Shown here: positions 26,989 through 28,316 of the stretch, in pieces
How positions within the stretch are numbered: the stretch's first letter is position 1
How the letters are laid out: every line of letters starts with the position of its first letter
Origin: Gammaproteobacteria bacterium
GTDB lineage: Bacteria > Pseudomonadota > Gammaproteobacteria > Eutrophobiales > Eutrophobiaceae
NCBI GenBank assembly: GCA_012270695.1
Contig: JAAXHV010000241.1
Location: 1 to 28,316, forward strand
Reading direction: 5' to 3'
Length of the DNA stretch: 28,316 bases
Position numbers and translations under genes: made by a program
Notes under the pieces: model-generated
Told to the model about the DNA's origin: nothing
Databases searched by the model: none
Seen by the model: only the letters and a program-made list of their open reading frames with translations

Positions 26989-27006
26989 CATATTAGACAA
27001 AATATG
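26989..27006. promoter_or_regulatory. Inverted repeat upstream of hqdA, candidate operator
   Basis: CATATT-AGACAA-AATATG, a perfect 6-6-6 inverted repeat starting about 37 nt upstream of the hqdA ATG. Confidence 0.35.
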
Positions 27007-27027
27007 AGGCACTGCAGGCGACACATT

Positions 27028-28023
27028 TTACCCGCTCCCATCTGCAGATAACAAATGCCGTTCATGGGGCGCCTCGGGGTGAAAATCTGGTCCTACGGGA
27101 ACTATGCCGGTCGGGTTCACCATGCTGTGACTGCCAAAATAAGACTTTTTGATATGTTCCATGTTAATCGTTTCCGCTACCCCGGGCTGTTGGTAGAGAT
27201 CACGGGTATAGGCCCATAAATTCGGATAATCGACCAGTCGTTTTCTATTACATTTAAAATGGCTCACGTACACCGGGTCGAACCGGATTAGCGTAGTGAA
27301 CAAACGCCAGTCCGCCTCGGTGATCCGACTACCGGTCAGGTAGCGGCGGTTTTGCAGACTGTCTTCAAGCCATTCCAAGGTATCAAACAACGGATAGACC
27401 GCTTCTTCATAAGCTTCCTGGGTGGTGGCAAAACCGGCCCGGTACACGCCGTTATTCAGGGTTTTGAACACCCGGCTGTTGATCGCATCGATCTCATCCC
27501 GCAGGTGTTCCGGGTAATAATCACCCTGCCTGGCGCCGGCCCCATCGAATGCGCTGTTGAACATGCGGATGATTTCCGATGATTCATTGGAAACGATGGT
27601 GTTGCTGCGTTTATCCCATAAGGCCGGTACGGTGACTCTGCCGGAATACCCGGGGTCTGCAGCAGTGTAGATTTCGTAATAATATTTCGCGTTAAACATC
27701 GGGTCGGGGATAACGCCGTCACCCGGTTCAAACGTCCAGCCGTGCTCGCCCAGGTGCCAATGGACCACGGAAAGGGAGATCATCCCTTCAAGACCTTTAA
27801 TACTGCGGTAGATCATGGTGCGGTTGGCCCAGGGACAGGCATGGGAGACATACAGGTGATAGCGATCAGCCTCAGCCTTGAACCCTCCTGTACCGGAAGG
27901 TCCTGGTGAACCGTCTTTGGTTACCCAGTTACGGAACCGGGATTCAGAACGTATGAACCGTCCTTGATTGGACTCGGTGTCATACCATTCATCCTGCCAT
28001 TTGCCTTCTACCAATAGACCCAT
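27028..28023 (-). CDS. yqjG: Glutathionyl-hydroquinone reductase (Xi/omega-like GST, YqjG/PcpF family)
   Basis: MGLLVEGKW, RYHLYVSHACPWANR (active-site CPWA), RVTVPALWD, IVSNESSEI, NNGVYRAGF, TLIRFDPVY, NPTGIVP. True start is ATG 28023, with AGGA upstream. Confidence 0.95.
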   Translation of the reverse strand: MGLLVEGKWQDEWYDTESNQGRFIRSESRFRNWVTKDGSPGPSGTGGFKAEADRYHLYVSHACPWANRTMIYRSIKGLEGMISLSVVHWHLGEHGWTFEPGDGVIPDPMFNAKYYYEIYTAADPGYSGRVTVPALWDKRSNTIVSNESSEIIRMFNSAFDGAGARQGDYYPEHLRDEIDAINSRVFKTLNNGVYRAGFATTQEAYEEAVYPLFDTLEWLEDSLQNRRYLTGSRITEADWRLFTTLIRFDPVYVSHFKCNRKRLVDYPNLWAYTRDLYQQPGVAETINMEHIKKSYFGSHSMVNPTGIVPVGPDFHPEAPHERHLLSADGSG

Positions 28024-28059
28024 CTCATTTTCCTGAAACGTGAATGTCAAAGGCGCTAT

Positions 28060-28068
28060 AGTATAACA
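28060..28068 (-). promoter_or_regulatory. Putative extended -10 promoter for the GS-hydroquinone reductase gene
   Basis: The minus strand reads TG-T-TATACT, about 37 nt upstream of ATG 28023. No good -35 seen. Confidence 0.4.
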
Positions 28069-28104
28069 CCTTACCGGTTTTACTTTCTGCGGGGGGATGT
28101 TATG

Positions 28105-28194
28105 TTAAGGAAGCTCTGATCAAGTCCATCCAGGACTTGTCAGAGACGCTACATCCCTGTACCGTAGGAACCTGTGGCTTAACAGGTTCCTTAA
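28105..28194. mobile_element. Putative MITE-like palindromic element, 82 bp flanked by TTAA
   Basis: TTAA (28105-28108), then GGAAGCTCTGAT...TTAACAGGTTCC (28109-28190), then TTAA (28191-28194). The ends match at 8 of 12 positions as inverted repeats, and there are three internal hairpins. Confidence 0.45.
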
Positions 28195-28234
28195 CGTTGA
28201 TTCCCGCAATATACTGAAGACCAGGCAAACATAC

Positions 28235-28316
28235 ATGAGTATTAACCAAAAATTACGCGAGACTGATCAGCAGACAGCCGGACCCACTGGCAAAAAAATG
28301 CGCAAGGATGCCCTGC
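28235..28316 (+). CDS. Start of a CDS truncated by the window edge, possibly a TetR-family regulator
   Basis: MSINQKLRETDQQTAGPTGKKMRKDAL. RKDA resembles the R(A/K)DAxRN that precedes many TetR HTH domains. Only 27 codons are visible. Confidence 0.3.
   Translation, partial: MSINQKLRETDQQTAGPTGKKMRKDAL

Noticed and set aside
1-28316. CRISPR arrays, tRNA or rRNA genes, transposases, integrases, prophage or defence genes
   Set aside because: No spaced direct repeats, cloverleaf-like sequence or matching protein motifs were seen by eye. Small RNAs could be missed without a covariance search.

Overview
Bacterial chromosome segment, probably a non-enteric gammaproteobacterium (inferred from synteny). 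A conserved housekeeping core (gatCAB divergent from mreB-mreC-mreD-mrdA-rodA-sltB1/mltB-rlpA-dacA-dat, 10018-22730) sits between two accessory regions. The left region (1-9973) holds the 3' end of an acyl-CoA synthetase, a MAPEG protein, a Bcr/CflA MFS pump, an RND pump pair without an outer-membrane factor, a cytochrome P450-sulfotransferase operon and a convergent MpaB/Lcp-family haem oxygenase. The right region (22811-28316) holds a FAD-linked oxidoreductase, a core MetE-like Zn enzyme, a two-subunit hydroquinone 1,2-dioxygenase, a glutathionyl-hydroquinone reductase, an 82-bp palindromic MITE-like element and the start of a possible TetR gene. Best leads: (i) the P450+sulfotransferase+MpaB triad, a possible isoprenoid-tail oxidation/sulfation system; (ii) a GS-hydroquinone reductase coupled to hydroquinone dioxygenase with no lower-pathway genes in view; (iii) a G11 tract lying in the spacer of a putative promoter for the MpaB gene; (iv) an apparent AUU start codon for mreC. 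No rRNA, tRNA, CRISPR array or transposase was seen. All family calls come from motif recognition, not database searches.
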